IMG/VR virus record: IMGVR_UViG_3300045146_000225
Location: 64,001-120,792 of that record
Source of the DNA: a virus
Lineage: Duplodnaviria; Heunggongvirae; Uroviricota; Caudoviricetes
Strand: one strand, 5' to 3'
DNA length: 56,792 nt
The notes beneath the pieces were generated by a model, which saw nothing but the letters and a program-made list of their open reading frames with translations, searched no databases and was not told the origin of the DNA. Positions 56,731 through 56,792 of this stretch are shown here, in pieces. The position numbers and the translations under genes are program-made. The number at the start of each line of letters is the position of its first letter. Position 1 is the stretch's first letter.

Positions 56731-56792
56731 GAGAAAAAAAGCCATGACAACAACGCCCAAATCGATAGAAGAAGCAATACAGTCAGAATTGA

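Noticed and set aside
1-56792. Integron integrase or other tyrosine recombinase
   Set aside because: No ORF shows the R-H-R-H-Y pattern; none is claimed in this window.
1-56792. TAG stop-codon reassignment, as in some large Bacteroidota phages
   Set aside because: Long conserved genes have no internal TAG, and several genes end plausibly at TAG (32456, 35339, 56369); the TAGs at 48927 and 49104 come with a frameshift, fitting decay.
1-56792. tRNA or rRNA genes
   Set aside because: No cloverleaf with a T-loop GTTCRA in a suitable intergenic space was seen by eye; a tRNAscan/Aragorn run would be needed to exclude them fully.

Overview
The window reads as part of a large T4-like (myovirus-type, probably jumbo) phage genome with a Bacteroidota host. 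Host evidence is repeated TAnnTTTG -7 promoter boxes, a Bacteroidota-type LeuRS and a murE fragment. The backbone encodes a double-domain GroES, the N-terminal half of a split PolB, a DnaB/gp41-like helicase, an M17 aminopeptidase, Mre11- and Rad50-like proteins, a NUDIX enzyme, baseplate wedge, tail tube, major capsid, a protease-scaffold fusion, DnaJ, vWA, an AEP-like protein and BspA-type LRR proteins. It also has a Pnkp-Hen1 RNA-repair locus broken by an IS607/TnpB element. A mosaic island (about 11.7-28.4 kb) interrupts the backbone. It holds a murE scrap, IS30-derived miniature elements, leuS, two large orphan DNA methyltransferases and the main discovery, an array of about 10 integron-like gene cassettes (14.4-19.6 kb). 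The cassettes are separated by 11 attC-like sites with no integrase in the window. Each cassette's two ends are complementary to each other. The inner stems carry G-T wobbles on the + strand only, and the sites show canonical attC polarity on the minus strand, so every cargo ORF appears inverted relative to its attC, with the site upstream of the gene it travels with. Cargo is phage-type and includes a Tad2/DUF2829-like anti-defence candidate and two methyltransferases. All calls come from reading motifs by eye; no database searches were run, and a chimeric assembly at the IS30 repeats is not excluded.
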